Below, in pieces: positions 1 to 11,225 of a DNA stretch of 64,000 nt. Origin of the DNA: Andalucia godoyi And28 (lineage: Eukaryota > Protista > Jakobida); contig VRVR01000010.1 of the NCBI GenBank assembly GCA_009859145.1, positions 161,330 through 225,329 of the forward strand, in the 5' to 3' direction. The translations under genes and the position numbers were made by a program. The notes under the pieces are model-generated. The model was given only the letters and a program-made list of their open reading frames with translations, was not told where the DNA came from and did no database searches. Every line of letters begins with the position of its first letter. The stretch's first letter is position 1.

Positions 1-172
1 GTCATCATCGACGCCATCATCATTATCGCTGACGTCTCTGTCGGTTTTGACGTCTCTGGGCTTGGGGTTGGGCGCCGGTTGCTGATACTTTGAATTCCTC
101 AGCTTCATCTCTGCCCTTGCAAATTCTTCCTTGTACTTCTTCTTTTTTTATTTCTCTTTTGCTTGCTCGTAT
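1..172 (-). CDS. Probable exon fragment of a gene continuing left of the window (Lys/Glu-rich, then acidic)
   Basis: The minus strand has an acceptor-like CTTTTCAG ending at 173. It then reads YEQAKEK*KKKKYKEEFARAEMKLRNSKYQQPAPNPKPRDVKTDRDVSDNDDGVDDD off the edge. An in-frame TAA (150-148) inside an A-run makes the model uncertain. Confidence 0.3.
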
Positions 173-504
173 CTGAAAAGACAAAAATCATGGTCGAGAT
201 TCTTTCTTGCTGAAGTACCGGTGTCAAACGTTTGCTATCGCACAGTGGCATTTTCATTATTATTATTATTTTATTTTTTTTGAAAACTCAAGAATGTTTG
301 CAAACTGTTGTAATAAAAACAAAAAAAGGGTGTTCCCAACGAATCGGGAATCTCTACGCCTGTTACGTTCCATCAATCTCTCCATTTGCGTGCTCTCCAA
401 TATGAATGAGGTTTCATATGAATTTACGAATTCCGTATTGTTATTTTTTCTTCTTCTTTCTTTGCCTGCTTTTTCTGTTTGTTTTGTATAGGAAAGAGTG
501 GACA

Positions 505-3500
505 ATGGGCAGTGCAGATATACGCAGAAAAGCCAAGGCTGCGGCAAGCCGATTTGGCAGATGGGTTAAAGAACGTGCGCTCCAAACGATCTATTTGCTG
601 CAAAAGGAAGCGTTGCAAATTGTATGCTTTCGTATTTCGAAGCTGGTTTCTCTGTGCTTTTTTGGCTTTTGTTTTTGTTATTCAAGCGATTTGTATTCTT
701 ATGATCTGTTTGTGTACTCATCGGGCGGGGGTGCAGAGATTCGTCAAAGTTAGCATCCTACTGTCACTGACGACACTGACAGCATGCACGGTCTTGATTA
801 AGCTGTCTGAGCCGTGGTTTTCGACGGTCCCTTTCATTGAGCAAATGGAAAATCCAAGTATGTTTTTCGTTCACGGCGACCAATCCACCTCACCCCACCC
901 CACCCCACTCACTCACTCACTCACTCACTCACTCACTCACTCACTCACTCACTCACTCACTCACGCATTGATTTTTATTATTGCCACCATGAATCCTTTC
1001 CGAGCAGTTGTTGTACCACCAAAGACAAGAATCGGACAACTGGATCTTTGCCAATCGCTGTCTTCGGTGCCAAAATGCAAAAAAATACTCTACAGTCCTG
1101 CAGAAGCCCCGTTTTCGGATATCGTTCTTGGGGCGATGAACAAGGCCAAAGTCGATCTCAGTTCAGTTGTGGGCTTTGCGAAAGAGGATGATCTTGATGA
1201 ATACATCGAAAACAACAAAGAAGACGTGTTTGGAGCATACGTCTTCAACTCTTCTCGGGTTGCACTCGTTACGGAAAAACCGCCAAAGTTCAGATACTTT
1301 TATGCCGTCCAGTACGATTTCCAAAAAACTTGCTTTCGACGACTGAAGTGCACCAACCCAACCATGGAGGTTGCGGCGCCCATGATTGTAGCCATGGATC
1401 AGTATCTCTGTATGTGTTTTCTCATGTTCAGAAAAATACGCTCCTTTGTGTTTTCCTCTGCCTGCTGCTGACCGTTCTCTTCTTGCCCACTGAATTTTTG
1501 ACAATCATTCATCTTGTTCACGATTCAACGCCCCGCCGTTTCTCCAAACAGTGTCGTTTGAGAAAGCAGAAGCTTCCATTGAAGCGCAGCTTGCGCCATT
1601 TCCCAGAAGAAAACAGCAGATCAAAGAAGCGCACAGAACATTTGCCCCTCTCATTTACTTGTTCGGGTTTTCATTCATGGGAATGCTTGCCACTTACAGA
1701 ATGGACCAGGACCGTGAATGTTTTGTGAAGGAAATGGTAGTAATGCAAGCAGTCCGCGACTCCTCGGTGTGGATTGCAAAAGTCATCTTTGAATGGGCTC
1801 TGGCTATCGTTGGCCTGTTCACTGCTCTCGCCGTGGGATCCGCGATGGGCCTGCCGTTTGTGGTTCTGAATGGTTTTGACATGATTCTGAGGGCTTTCAC
1901 AGCGTTTGCCTTGTGGCACGTTTTGTTTGCCTGCATATGTGGTGCGAAAAAGCATTCCGGAACGAGGGCGTCGATCACATCGCACGCATTCTTGCACTGC
2001 TTCATCAACTTTCTGGGACTGGCTTTTGGTCAGTATGGCTATGCAGCAGCGGTTCCAGAAGCTCTCCGAAACTTGTTTGGTCTCCTTCCACCTGTCTTGT
2101 TCGTCAAGATGTTCTCCGATTTCGCCGATGCTGATTTGTGGGGATTCGCTGTGACTTCCGCAAACCAAGACTCGCACACGGAAGTATGGCCCCTTGCTGC
2201 GATCATGAACTGGGCCGTATTTGATATCTTCCTTTATTCGGTCGTTCTCTGGTATGTGGATGCTACCAATCCGAGTATGTCTTTCTTATTTCCGAAATCC
2301 CCGTTTTGTTCTCCCATCTCCCTCCTATTCTCCTCTCCACTCTCGTGTTCCCGCATCACCACATTGAAACTGACAAAATACCTGCTCCTGGCTAGCCGTG
2401 TACGGTCCTCGTCGAAAATGGTACTTCCTTTTCACGGAGTCGTACTGGATGTCCAAGAATACGGACAAGGCATCCGTGGATCCACTCACGAATGCGGATG
2501 GTGTGAATCTCGGTCTCCTGGAAGCGCTGGAAGACGACGACGTCCGACTTGAAAAGGAATCAATTCGCAAAGATGTTTCGAGCCCCGTGAAGGGAGCGAA
2601 CCTGCAAGGCATAACAATTGCCAACTTGTTCGTCGTGCATCCGACAGGCTTTGGAGTCGAACGAAAACGTATCATTGGTGTTGACCACATTAACGCAGCA
2701 TGTGAAAAGGGCAAGTGCACTGTGATCTGGGGCGATGCGAAATCAGGGAAGAGCTCCATTTTTGGAGCGGTAGCTGGTCTAACGCCGATCGAAGATGGAA
2801 CAGTTTTGTTCAATGGCCTGTCCGTCTTCATGCACAGCGACGGTTTGAAAAGCAGCATTGGATACTGTCCTTCCGTATGCAATCCACACATTTTCTTCTG
2901 AAAAGGAGTTCTTTCCCTTTCATTTTCCCCTTCTGGTTTTTTATCATTTTAATTTGCAAACAGCAAAGCTGATAGTTTCCCGTACGGATTTTGGAGTTTT
3001 TTCTTAATTATTTCATTATTGTTATTATTATTATTATTTTGTGCATTCTACCTAGTTCAACTGTTTCTATCCCAATCTGCCGATCGAAGAGTGCCTCAGG
3101 ATCATCGGCGGATTTCGGAAGCTCGATCGCATCGCCATCAAGGAGCAAACAGAGCATCTCCTAAAGCTCTTCTTTTTGTGGGAGGACAGATTCCGCTCCC
3201 CGGCAGAAGTAAATTACTACACGCGACGAAAGCTGGTTCTGGCGCAAACATTCATTGGCCAGCCTGCAATTTTGGTTTTGGACGACCCACTGAATGGTCT
3301 CTCCATGCGACAACGCCGTGAGATGTGGCCTGTCTTGAAGCAGTTGATCGTGGATCGCACAGTTTTGATGTTGACGTCGTTTCCAGAAGATGCCACCTAT
3401 CTTGCGAACAAATTCCTTATTCTGAAGGAGAACAAGATCTTTTTCACGGGTAGTCTGGCTCGATTGAAATTGCGCTACGCTGGAAGCTACATTATTCGTA

Positions 3501-3751
3501 TCGATTTGCACCCAGACTGCGCATGCCAGGGAGAAATTGTCGAGCAAATTTTGGATGTTCTGCCGGAAACGGAGCTCTTGAGGGTATCCGCTCTTATGAT
3601 CAAACTGCGGCTGTCCAAGAATTTCCTTCAGCATGCTCCGACAATGTTTGCAAATCTCGAAACCAACGCAGGTAGACTTCGAATCAAGAGGATGGTGTGT
3701 AACAATCAAACAATCCAAGAGATCTGCATGCCATCCGAGAACATTGATTAG
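505..3751 (+). CDS. ABCA-family half-size transporter with a degenerate nucleotide-binding domain; join(505..621,737..857,1008..1409,1552..2274,2396..2874,3056..3751), about 845 aa
   Basis: Five GTATG(T/C)...AG introns keep the frame. ABCA hallmarks are YGPRRKWYFLFTESYW after the TM domain, Walker A GDAKSGKSS, IGYCP, RRKLVLAQTFIGQPAILVLDDP and a C-terminal LKLRYAGSY regulatory domain. Confidence 0.85.
906..964. repeat. (CACT)n tetranucleotide microsatellite, about 14 units, inside ABCA intron 2
   Basis: Read directly; preceded by a few CACC units from about 888. Confidence 0.97.
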
Positions 3752-3820
3752 GATGATTCTGCGAACACGTGGCAGAGGAAGAGGTGCGGTAATGACGCCA
3801 TGCACCAGAGGAAGTCCAAA

Positions 3821-4762
3821 TTACACGACGTCGACGATGTCGTACAAGAAGCGCTTGCCTCCGTTGGATAGACTCCACAAAAACAGCAGTGACCACGTGA
3901 AAATAAGCGGAATGAATGCCTGAATCCAGTACCAGTCCAAGCGATTTTCTAGTTTGGATGCAAGGAAAATAATAAAGCAAAACAACGGAATCCAGACAAC
4001 CATCGTGATGACCAGGCAATCTCGCTGCTTTCTCCAAATGGCCTTCTGCGCAGTCGAGTCATCCGTAACAGTTGCATCGCCGTCTTCCTCGTCTCTCTTC
4101 TTTGACCGACTCTTGGGCTTCTTCTTTGTGAATCGAAAGCAGCAACACACAAACACACAAAAGAGGAACGCAAAAATGAACCAAAACACTCCAAAGATGT
4201 CCCAGAATGTCAGTGTATTGTCGTTGTTCATTCGGCCCAGCAAGACCAAGCAAAACACAAAACACGATCCAGAAACAACGAGAATGTACCCGGTGCGCGA
4301 GACCAGCGCAGAATTGAATCGCTCGGCAATAGGCTGAACAGAGCCAAAATCCAGGGTGGAGATCAAAAACATAATCACAGCCATAATCATGATCACACCG
4401 GAAACGACAATAATCGGTGCAAACACATCTGTCCATGACCGATCAATTTCTTCGTCGAGTTTTTGCGTCAAGAACGACAAGAACACACTGATTCCAATAA
4501 TCGATGCAAAGTACACACCGTGATAAAACAAGTTGTAGGCAATCAGCTTGAAGTCTAAATTCTTCGCCTTCCGGAACTTCCGAAACGAATCCAGCGAAAA
4601 CACAGCCCAAAACAACAAATTTGCATATAACGGAAGAAAAATCGGCCACCACGATGCTGAAAACTGGCCATCCAATCGCAAAGGAAGCGCCAGCGAAAAC
4701 GCCAGGGAAGCACAAGTGAAGCACACTCGGAGCACATAGTTTAGAGAAACAAACGTCTGCAT
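3821..4762 (-). CDS. Multi-pass membrane protein, TMEM185/TMEM60-like
   Basis: 313-aa ORF from ATG 4762 with repeated motifs ASWWPIFLPLY, TQKLDEEIDRSWTDVFAPI, LTFWDIFGVFW and SKLENRLDWYWIQAFIPL, typical of the TMEM185 repeat family. Confidence 0.7.
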   Translation of the reverse strand: MQTFVSLNYVLRVCFTCASLAFSLALPLRLDGQFSASWWPIFLPLYANLLFWAVFSLDSFRKFRKAKNLDFKLIAYNLFYHGVYFASIIGISVFLSFLTQKLDEEIDRSWTDVFAPIIVVSGVIMIMAVIMFLISTLDFGSVQPIAERFNSALVSRTGYILVVSGSCFVFCLVLLGRMNNDNTLTFWDIFGVFWFIFAFLFCVFVCCCFRFTKKKPKSRSKKRDEEDGDATVTDDSTAQKAIWRKQRDCLVITMVVWIPLFCFIIFLASKLENRLDWYWIQAFIPLIFTWSLLFLWSLSNGGKRFLYDIVDVV

Positions 4763-5599
4763 GCTGAGATTGTGCTTTCCCGTCTTTTTCGTTATTCGTT
4801 TTCTTTCTCCTCTGTTCCCCCTTTCTAGATTGACTGATTGATGAACCGCCTGATCGATGGACAAATACAACTCGTACTCTTATGATTTCGCATTTGAAAA
4901 CGGGGGAAAGTAGCATCATAAAACAAATGATGGCGAAAAGCATTATCTAAAGGATGGAACCTGTCTGGAAGCGCCAGTTCCTTGTTTTATTTACGACTGC
5001 ACCTCGGCCTTCCTTCCAAGATGACTCTTCTAAATTCCTTGCGCATGTCGCCTACATTATACACTGAACATGCATATCTACGAATAGGCATGCATATTCA
5101 ATCTTGCATCCCGTTGCCGGGAAGGGGATAGACCCCAACACGCCTCTCTGCGCTCTTCAGATCGATGTTCCGCGCTCCGCTCCCAATCTCGATCAATCTG
5201 TGAGCCACTTTCTCAGCGTGACACGTGGTTCCTGAGAAGGGTGCATTTTGATTCTGACGGCCCTGTATCGGGCGGCGTAGGCGTAGGCGAATGCGTCATC
5301 CGTGCGCGCTCACGCCCATATTTGAATTAATAAAGCGGAACCAACGAATGATAGAATAGATGGCTACGGATGCTGCGCTAAAGAGTGTCGAAAATGCAGA
5401 GCCTGTGTCACCGGCTGAATTTTGGCCGAGCGTGCGTAAGCACGAATTCACCGTGTCTGTTCATGTATACTTCCGTATGCATTACAATGACGTGTTATTA
5501 TTCAGCGGCAGCAGCAGCTTTAGCTGTTCAATGTCCACGGTGTTTTCGACTTTTTATATTTATTTATTATTCTTCTCTATTCCTGATTTCATTAGAGAG

Positions 5600-7765
5600 A
5601 TGATGCGGATGAGGTTGGAAATGCGGATGGGGATTGGGATGAATGTTCTGATTGTCGCATGGATTGGATTTTCATGCTTTGCAGCAAGAACTGTTCATGC
5701 ACAGTCTGCGAAGCGGCTCCCTTCGTACGTTCTTGGAAATTGGAAAGATACGGTTGCATATTGGAGCGCGTCTGAGAACTGCCCCCATGCAAAATCTGAG
5801 AATCTTCCTGGATTTTCATACTTTGCCAAAGGGTCATTCTCCTCGGCAGGGTCATCGTTTTCTGCTTCAGTGATCTCGGCCGACTCTTTTGCAGTCGAGT
5901 TTGACGGCACGGTCTATGCTGACCCGACGCAATTCTCACACGTGGTGACGGACGGTGGAGTTGTTCTTCGTTCCAACGGCGAGTTCGAAGCGGTGTTCAA
6001 TTCGTACGGAGGAAAACAGCTCCCGTTTGAACTTGCTGTTCGGACTTATATGCCACCAGGTGCTGACTATTATGCGACAGAGTTTGCGATAGAGCCTCTG
6101 GCAGCTGGGGTTCATACAGGCCATATTGTGTCGTTTCTGTACGCGGCATCTGCATGCTTGTCTGCAGTGTCAGCCGTCGAATTTGGTGCGTTCGTGCACG
6201 ACTTGCACTTTTGCGCAGGTGGTCCGAGCGAGCAAACGCTGGTTTCGATGTATCTTGGGGAATCCATGCCGACCTCACCGTCCTCGCTGTTGGTGGCTGC
6301 GGAGGCTGGGCAGGTTGGAACTGTGTTAGCCGCGCTCCAAAGTGGCCATTTGGCCAATTCTTCGAGCGCGCAGGCATCGAATGCTGGGCTTGAATCGGCA
6401 TTTGCAGTGTCGTTTTCCAGCTCTGGACCTTCGGAGAAGCGCGTATTCAGCATCATTCGTTCGATCCAGTCAAGTACGGAGCAGGCGCAGGCGTGGATCA
6501 AATCATTCAGGTCCGCGAATCTTACGATGAATTCCATCATCGCTACCACAGCTCAAGCGTACTCGGCGTTTCTGAACAGCGGGAAGCTGGCGAAACTCTC
6601 GGCAAAGCTTTCCCCGAATGAAATTGCAATGTACGAGCACTCGCTGCTGGCACTGAAGAACGGACAAAATCCTCTCAATGGCGCAATTATGGCTTCATTT
6701 CACCCGCTCTATGGCTACAAAGTTTGGTCACGTGATGCTGTTTTTGCGGCCATCATCTTCGCGGCCGCCGGGTATCCCGCAGAGTCCAGACTGTTCTTGC
6801 AGTGGGCCTCGCAAGCGGAGCTCCGAAGTGATTCTGCGTTCCACACGTGCTACAACTTCGCGGACGGTTCTGTCAATGGGTTTGTGGAGCCGCAATATGA
6901 CGGCACGGGCCTCTATCTTGTGTCTGTGCTCTACTATCTGCGAGAGACGCATGATTTGTCCATCTTGTCTGCCCCAAGTGTGCAAGATCGAGTCCGGACG
7001 TTCGAGCAATTCTTCATCCAGAACAAGGGATTCAACCAGCTAAGCGCTTCCGACTATTCAATTTGGGAGGAGTCCAGCGATCAGCATTCTGGAGCACCGC
7101 TCCCGACGCAATACTATGCATTTTCTCAAGTAATGGCGTGGGCCGGGTTGCGTGCGGCTGGAATTCTCGAATCAAGCGAGTTCCTTTCGAACCCACAAGC
7201 GGCAGCTGCAGTGCAGCAGCGGCAATCTGAGCTTCAGTCTGCTATCATGAATAACATGTTTGACTATCAGCAGGGATACATGTATCGTGGTCGGTGGAGC
7301 GATACCAACTCGCCGGACACTCGAGTAGACTCCTCCTCCACCGCTGCAATTTTCATGGGTCTTCTATCGCAGAATTCCACCATGTCCAAGTCTCTATTGT
7401 CGAATGTGTACGCACAGCTTACCCGGTGGGACAACGGGATTGGACGCTACGTGGGAGATGGGTTCTTCTTCGACAGCAAATGGGATCCCTGTGGCTCCGA
7501 AGTAGGACAAGCGTCTCCTCCCTGGGGAGTCACAACAATGTTTACCGCATTCGCAGAGCTTTCCCTTGGTCTTCCGATCGACAAGAGAATCAAGTTTATG
7601 CTCGATTCTTCGGCTGCCGAATTCTCTCCCGTCGGCGAAGCTGTCGACGGCCTGACAGGGCAGTTTGTGCGTGCCTCTGCTCCCGACATTTATGAGCATG
7701 GTGGGGTCTTCATCTTGGCTCAGTTGTTGCGCTACGGCCTAGCTACTCCTTTGTGGAGCATCTAG
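5600..7765 (+). CDS. Secreted glycoside hydrolase family 15 (glucoamylase-like), about 721 aa
   Basis: Hydrophobic signal-like N-terminus (MNVLIVAWIGFSCFAARTVHA). GH15 motifs YKVWSRDA, EPQYDG, DYSIWEE, GIGRYVGD and PVGEAVD. ATG 5600 is preferred over 5360 because the intervening DNA looks intronic. Confidence 0.8.
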   Translation: MMRMRLEMRMGIGMNVLIVAWIGFSCFAARTVHAQSAKRLPSYVLGNWKDTVAYWSASENCPHAKSENLPGFSYFAKGSFSSAGSSFSASVISADSFAVEFDGTVYADPTQFSHVVTDGGVVLRSNGEFEAVFNSYGGKQLPFELAVRTYMPPGADYYATEFAIEPLAAGVHTGHIVSFLYAASACLSAVSAVEFGAFVHDLHFCAGGPSEQTLVSMYLGESMPTSPSSLLVAAEAGQVGTVLAALQSGHLANSSSAQASNAGLESAFAVSFSSSGPSEKRVFSIIRSIQSSTEQAQAWIKSFRSANLTMNSIIATTAQAYSAFLNSGKLAKLSAKLSPNEIAMYEHSLLALKNGQNPLNGAIMASFHPLYGYKVWSRDAVFAAIIFAAAGYPAESRLFLQWASQAELRSDSAFHTCYNFADGSVNGFVEPQYDGTGLYLVSVLYYLRETHDLSILSAPSVQDRVRTFEQFFIQNKGFNQLSASDYSIWEESSDQHSGAPLPTQYYAFSQVMAWAGLRAAGILESSEFLSNPQAAAAVQQRQSELQSAIMNNMFDYQQGYMYRGRWSDTNSPDTRVDSSSTAAIFMGLLSQNSTMSKSLLSNVYAQLTRWDNGIGRYVGDGFFFDSKWDPCGSEVGQASPPWGVTTMFTAFAELSLGLPIDKRIKFMLDSSAAEFSPVGEAVDGLTGQFVRASAPDIYEHGGVFILAQLLRYGLATPLWSI

Positions 7766-8374
7766 TTTCTCAGTGGGGGTGGGATTTCCCTCTCGTCCTC
7801 CCCGGCATCACCAGTGCCGCCACCATCATCTAATTGTTGGTTTTTCTCTGTATGTTTATGTCGTTGTGGCTTCATGTGTTTTTTTCATTTAAAATATTTA
7901 TTTGACTTCGATTGTAAAAGAACATTATTATTATTATTTCTATTAATAAAAGGCAGAATTGGAAATATCTGGCAAGGATGAGAGATACATCGCGTCACGC
8001 CTACATTGCACACTAATCCACGGACAATCGTCGCTGATCACCCATAATCAATGTTGCAACCCAACAACATGCATAATGCAACGCGGCAGCGTATTTATAA
8101 AGGGATTTCATGATCAAAATGGGAGGCGAAACGAATCGGACATCGTGTGACGGAGTTGCTTAAGATAACAGACGCATGCGCATGGCGCGTGGCAGTGGTT
8201 CTGTTTACGTGCGCTTTAGATTGCTTCCCCATATCGCAAATAGTGACCGCGGTTTTCGAGTTTTCTCGTTTCTTCTCAGCATATCCTCTTTTTCTCCATT
8301 TATTTATTTGTATATTTGTATATAAGAGGAGGAAGAGATCACGGATATAGAGAAAGAGGGAAAGTAATGATGAG

Positions 8375-9403
8375 ATGAACGAGGCGTTTCATGACCTGGT
8401 GTGCGATTCGCTTTCATTGTTTGGGCGACTAACTCTTGCATCTCTTTGTGCACATCTGTCGTGCAGCATTGCGGAATCGACAGACGAAACCGCCAAACGC
8501 ACATTTTCGATCGAGGCGGAGCTGCAGTATCTTTCTCTTTGTGCTTCTGCAGCGAGTGCATCGCCGTTTCCTTGCATTTCCATTCGACGTGTTCAATACA
8601 TCTTGGCGATACCAATGATTGTTGATACGCTAATGGAGAGCAAAGGAGGACTTTTTCTGACCGAGGTTCCTTTTCTTCCATTGTTCTTTTCTTTTTGCAC
8701 CGCGCATTTCAGCAGCGGACTCACTCCGCGAATTGAATCAACGTCTCTCAACACCCTCATGCAGAAATCGTTGCGGGGAGTCTTGGACTTTTCGAATCGT
8801 GCTGCCGCCGAGCAGCAATTTGCGCTGCTTAAAGAGAGCATCAGTTCTGCCGCGTTAGAAAGCCCGTTTCAAAACGAGTGGAATCTTGGCATCGACGCTG
8901 TGGACTGGTGTGTGGATTACTCACAAATCGAGTGGTTCCCGTGCTCAGAGACCAGCACAGAAGTCCAGCAGCTGCTGTTCCTGACGTGTGTCTGCATCCG
9001 AAACCACGTTATTTTCGAATCAATGTTTACTACGATTATTGGAAATGCGGATAAGCAGTCTGAGCTTTCGAGTTCTCTCGTGGACTGTGCAACGGCTGCC
9101 TCTCGATTTGCTGTTGTGCTCTGCTCATTCTTGCGATGCAAATCAAGAATCCAGGAAGAACACGATCAAAGGAAATCCGCCAATCCGCGTCGATTTGGAC
9201 CTCACGACGTCCGAGATTTGATGGAGGAAATGCAAATCCTAAATGCAAAAACAGAGTTGTGGACTCACAAAGCTCGCAACTGGATCGACACCGTGATGGC
9301 GCCTGTGTGCCAAGTATCGAACGCACGCCTGAAGCAATATCTGGACAATTCATCGCAAACCATCGACGGTCTCATTCGCGAAATGCTCACATTCACTCGT
9401 TGA
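8375..9403 (+). CDS. Hypothetical protein, 342 aa, predicted helical
   Basis: Long ATG-initiated ORF filling the gap between genes; no family recognised. Confidence 0.6.
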   Translation: MNEAFHDLVCDSLSLFGRLTLASLCAHLSCSIAESTDETAKRTFSIEAELQYLSLCASAASASPFPCISIRRVQYILAIPMIVDTLMESKGGLFLTEVPFLPLFFSFCTAHFSSGLTPRIESTSLNTLMQKSLRGVLDFSNRAAAEQQFALLKESISSAALESPFQNEWNLGIDAVDWCVDYSQIEWFPCSETSTEVQQLLFLTCVCIRNHVIFESMFTTIIGNADKQSELSSSLVDCATAASRFAVVLCSFLRCKSRIQEEHDQRKSANPRRFGPHDVRDLMEEMQILNAKTELWTHKARNWIDTVMAPVCQVSNARLKQYLDNSSQTIDGLIREMLTFTR

Positions 9404-10595
9404 CAAGATTCGCCGGGTCAAGCGACGCATATTTTAGCGGCGCACTCTTCGTCGTCGGCACTTCAGCTGACACTTGCTGCTTCCGTTCGGACTGCTGTTG
9501 CTGTTGCTGTTGGTGCTGCTGCTGCATCTGGATGTGCTTGTTTGCCGATGAAGTGTTGGCATATCTCGTCTTTCCAGCGTCTCCGCGTGGTCTTGCCCAT
9601 CCAATGCGCACGGGCTTTCCCAGCACATCCACGACACCGCATACATGAGCAGCAGCATTCTCGGCAGATTCTCGATCGGCAAACTGGACAAAGACTAGCT
9701 GTTTGTTCGGAATGATCTTGACATTCGCAACTTGTCCGAATTCTGCGAACTTTCCCCTCCACAATTCCTCACTTTGCAAGTCAGTCGAGGCGGCGTTGCT
9801 GATGCAAAGGCTCGTGATTGTCGGATCTTCTGGCGGAGTCGGAATAAGCCCCCTTTCCAGAATCTTTTGGTATCGTCGTGCTGCGTCCATATCTCCAGAA
9901 GTTCCAAAGTATCTGCTTGCGATATTCTGTTCCCTATCCTGATTCCTCACCGAAGACGAGGACGGCGATGTTGATGACGATGCGGCAGTTGCATCTTGAT
10001 CATGTCGGAATGGACAGTACTCACCCCGCGTACACTTTCCTTTGAGCCAATATCCACACACAAACGGCTTGTTCCGTGCAAAATAAGGTTGATCTTTCGT
10101 CAGCGATCGCAAAATCGCTTCTTTTCCAGTCGCTTTCCCGGAATCGCTGGAAAATGGAGCTGCGGAAGAAAGCAGCAATTGTCGGTTCGTCGTAGACGTC
10201 GGAACGACGAGGGCATTGCTACTGCTACTACTGCTACTGCTACTATTATCAGCACTGTTGCCGTTGCTCTGATGACGATGATGCTCATCGACATGCGAGC
10301 TTATGATCTTGTCGCGAATCGCAACGGGAAGATTGTACTGCAAATCAAGAATGCAGCACTGACATACATTCTTCAGTTTCGCGCACGACTGACATACTTG
10401 GGTTTTCTTAAATCGAGCCTCAGCGGTTGTTCCAGGCCTCCATCGAAAGACTGTGAACGGCCGCTTGCACACTCCACACTCGGCTCCAAAAGGTGTCTTT
10501 TGCATCCGGACAGACGGATTAGGGCCCAAACAAACCTGGCATAGAACAGGAAAGTCGGATGACTCCCAGCCGGTTGACGAGTACTTCGTGTTCAT
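9393..10595 (-). CDS. RBM22: Pre-mRNA splicing factor RBM22/Slt11 (Cwc2-related), 400 aa
   Basis: WESSDFPVLCQVCLGPNPSVRM...FTVFRWRPG...CAKLKNVCQCCILDLQYNLP, a CCCH finger (CGYWLKGKCTRGEYCPFRH) and an RRM (LVFVQF). Confidence 0.95.
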   Translation of the reverse strand: MNTKYSSTGWESSDFPVLCQVCLGPNPSVRMQKTPFGAECGVCKRPFTVFRWRPGTTAEARFKKTQVCQSCAKLKNVCQCCILDLQYNLPVAIRDKIISSHVDEHHRHQSNGNSADNSSSSSSSSSNALVVPTSTTNRQLLLSSAAPFSSDSGKATGKEAILRSLTKDQPYFARNKPFVCGYWLKGKCTRGEYCPFRHDQDATAASSSTSPSSSSVRNQDREQNIASRYFGTSGDMDAARRYQKILERGLIPTPPEDPTITSLCISNAASTDLQSEELWRGKFAEFGQVANVKIIPNKQLVFVQFADRESAENAAAHVCGVVDVLGKPVRIGWARPRGDAGKTRYANTSSANKHIQMQQQHQQQQQQQSERKQQVSAEVPTTKSAPLKYASLDPANLVNE

Positions 10596-11225
10596 CTGAA
10601 AAAAAATACCCTCTTCTTCTGCTTCTCCTTCTTTGTGATTTCTCCCCAGATACTCTTGTATGAATGAAAACACATTCACACGCACACTCACACTCACACT
10701 CACACACAAAAAAGGTTTTCCGCGTGTCTGGGTAAGGCTGGAGTGTAGTAAATGGGCGTGGATTACGGCAGGCGGAGGGGGGCGTCGTTTCGACTTTCGC
10801 CAACCGAGGCACCGGCTTAATCGTTCTTCCGTGTTTCAGTTTGGATGCCGAAGACACGCACCGGTGCATACACACATATTTTACAGGAATACATTCGCAT
10901 TTCGCAAGCGGGCAGTATGCCAGTAAACGCTTCCAGCGAATCGATCGATCGAGGGCCGAATGAAGTGTCTCAGCTGGAAATGAATCTGACAGCAGGGTTT
11001 TGCTCAGACACAAGACCACGCATTCGTGTTTGCCTGTCATGAAACTGTCCAACGACCTTGCAAAAGGTCCCAATTCTGTGGGTTTTCACTTTCCCATTCC
11101 GCAAATTCCGGCTTCTGCCTTCCTCTCCTTCACCGTCAAATAGCAAATTCCTTTCTTGCGGGCTATCTTCGGACAGTGTCCCTTGGAAAAACAACTAGAG
11201 AAGTTCTCGGTTGGAGGGCGGGAAA

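Noticed and set aside
5206-5243. Hairpin CACTTTCTCAG...CTGAGAAGGGTG in the divergent promoter
   Set aside because: A single modest stem with no ncRNA hallmarks.
5360-5599. N-terminal extensions of ORF-track proteins (GH15; similarly RBM22, LRR, DLD, DDX39B, PGM and PHT)
   Set aside because: They arise from upstream ATG/TTG/GTG starts through low-complexity UTR or intron DNA; homology begins at the downstream ATG.
10743-10750. GTGTAGTA as the U2 snRNA branch-recognition sequence
   Set aside because: It is not followed by TCTG and lacks the U2 5' stem and Sm site.
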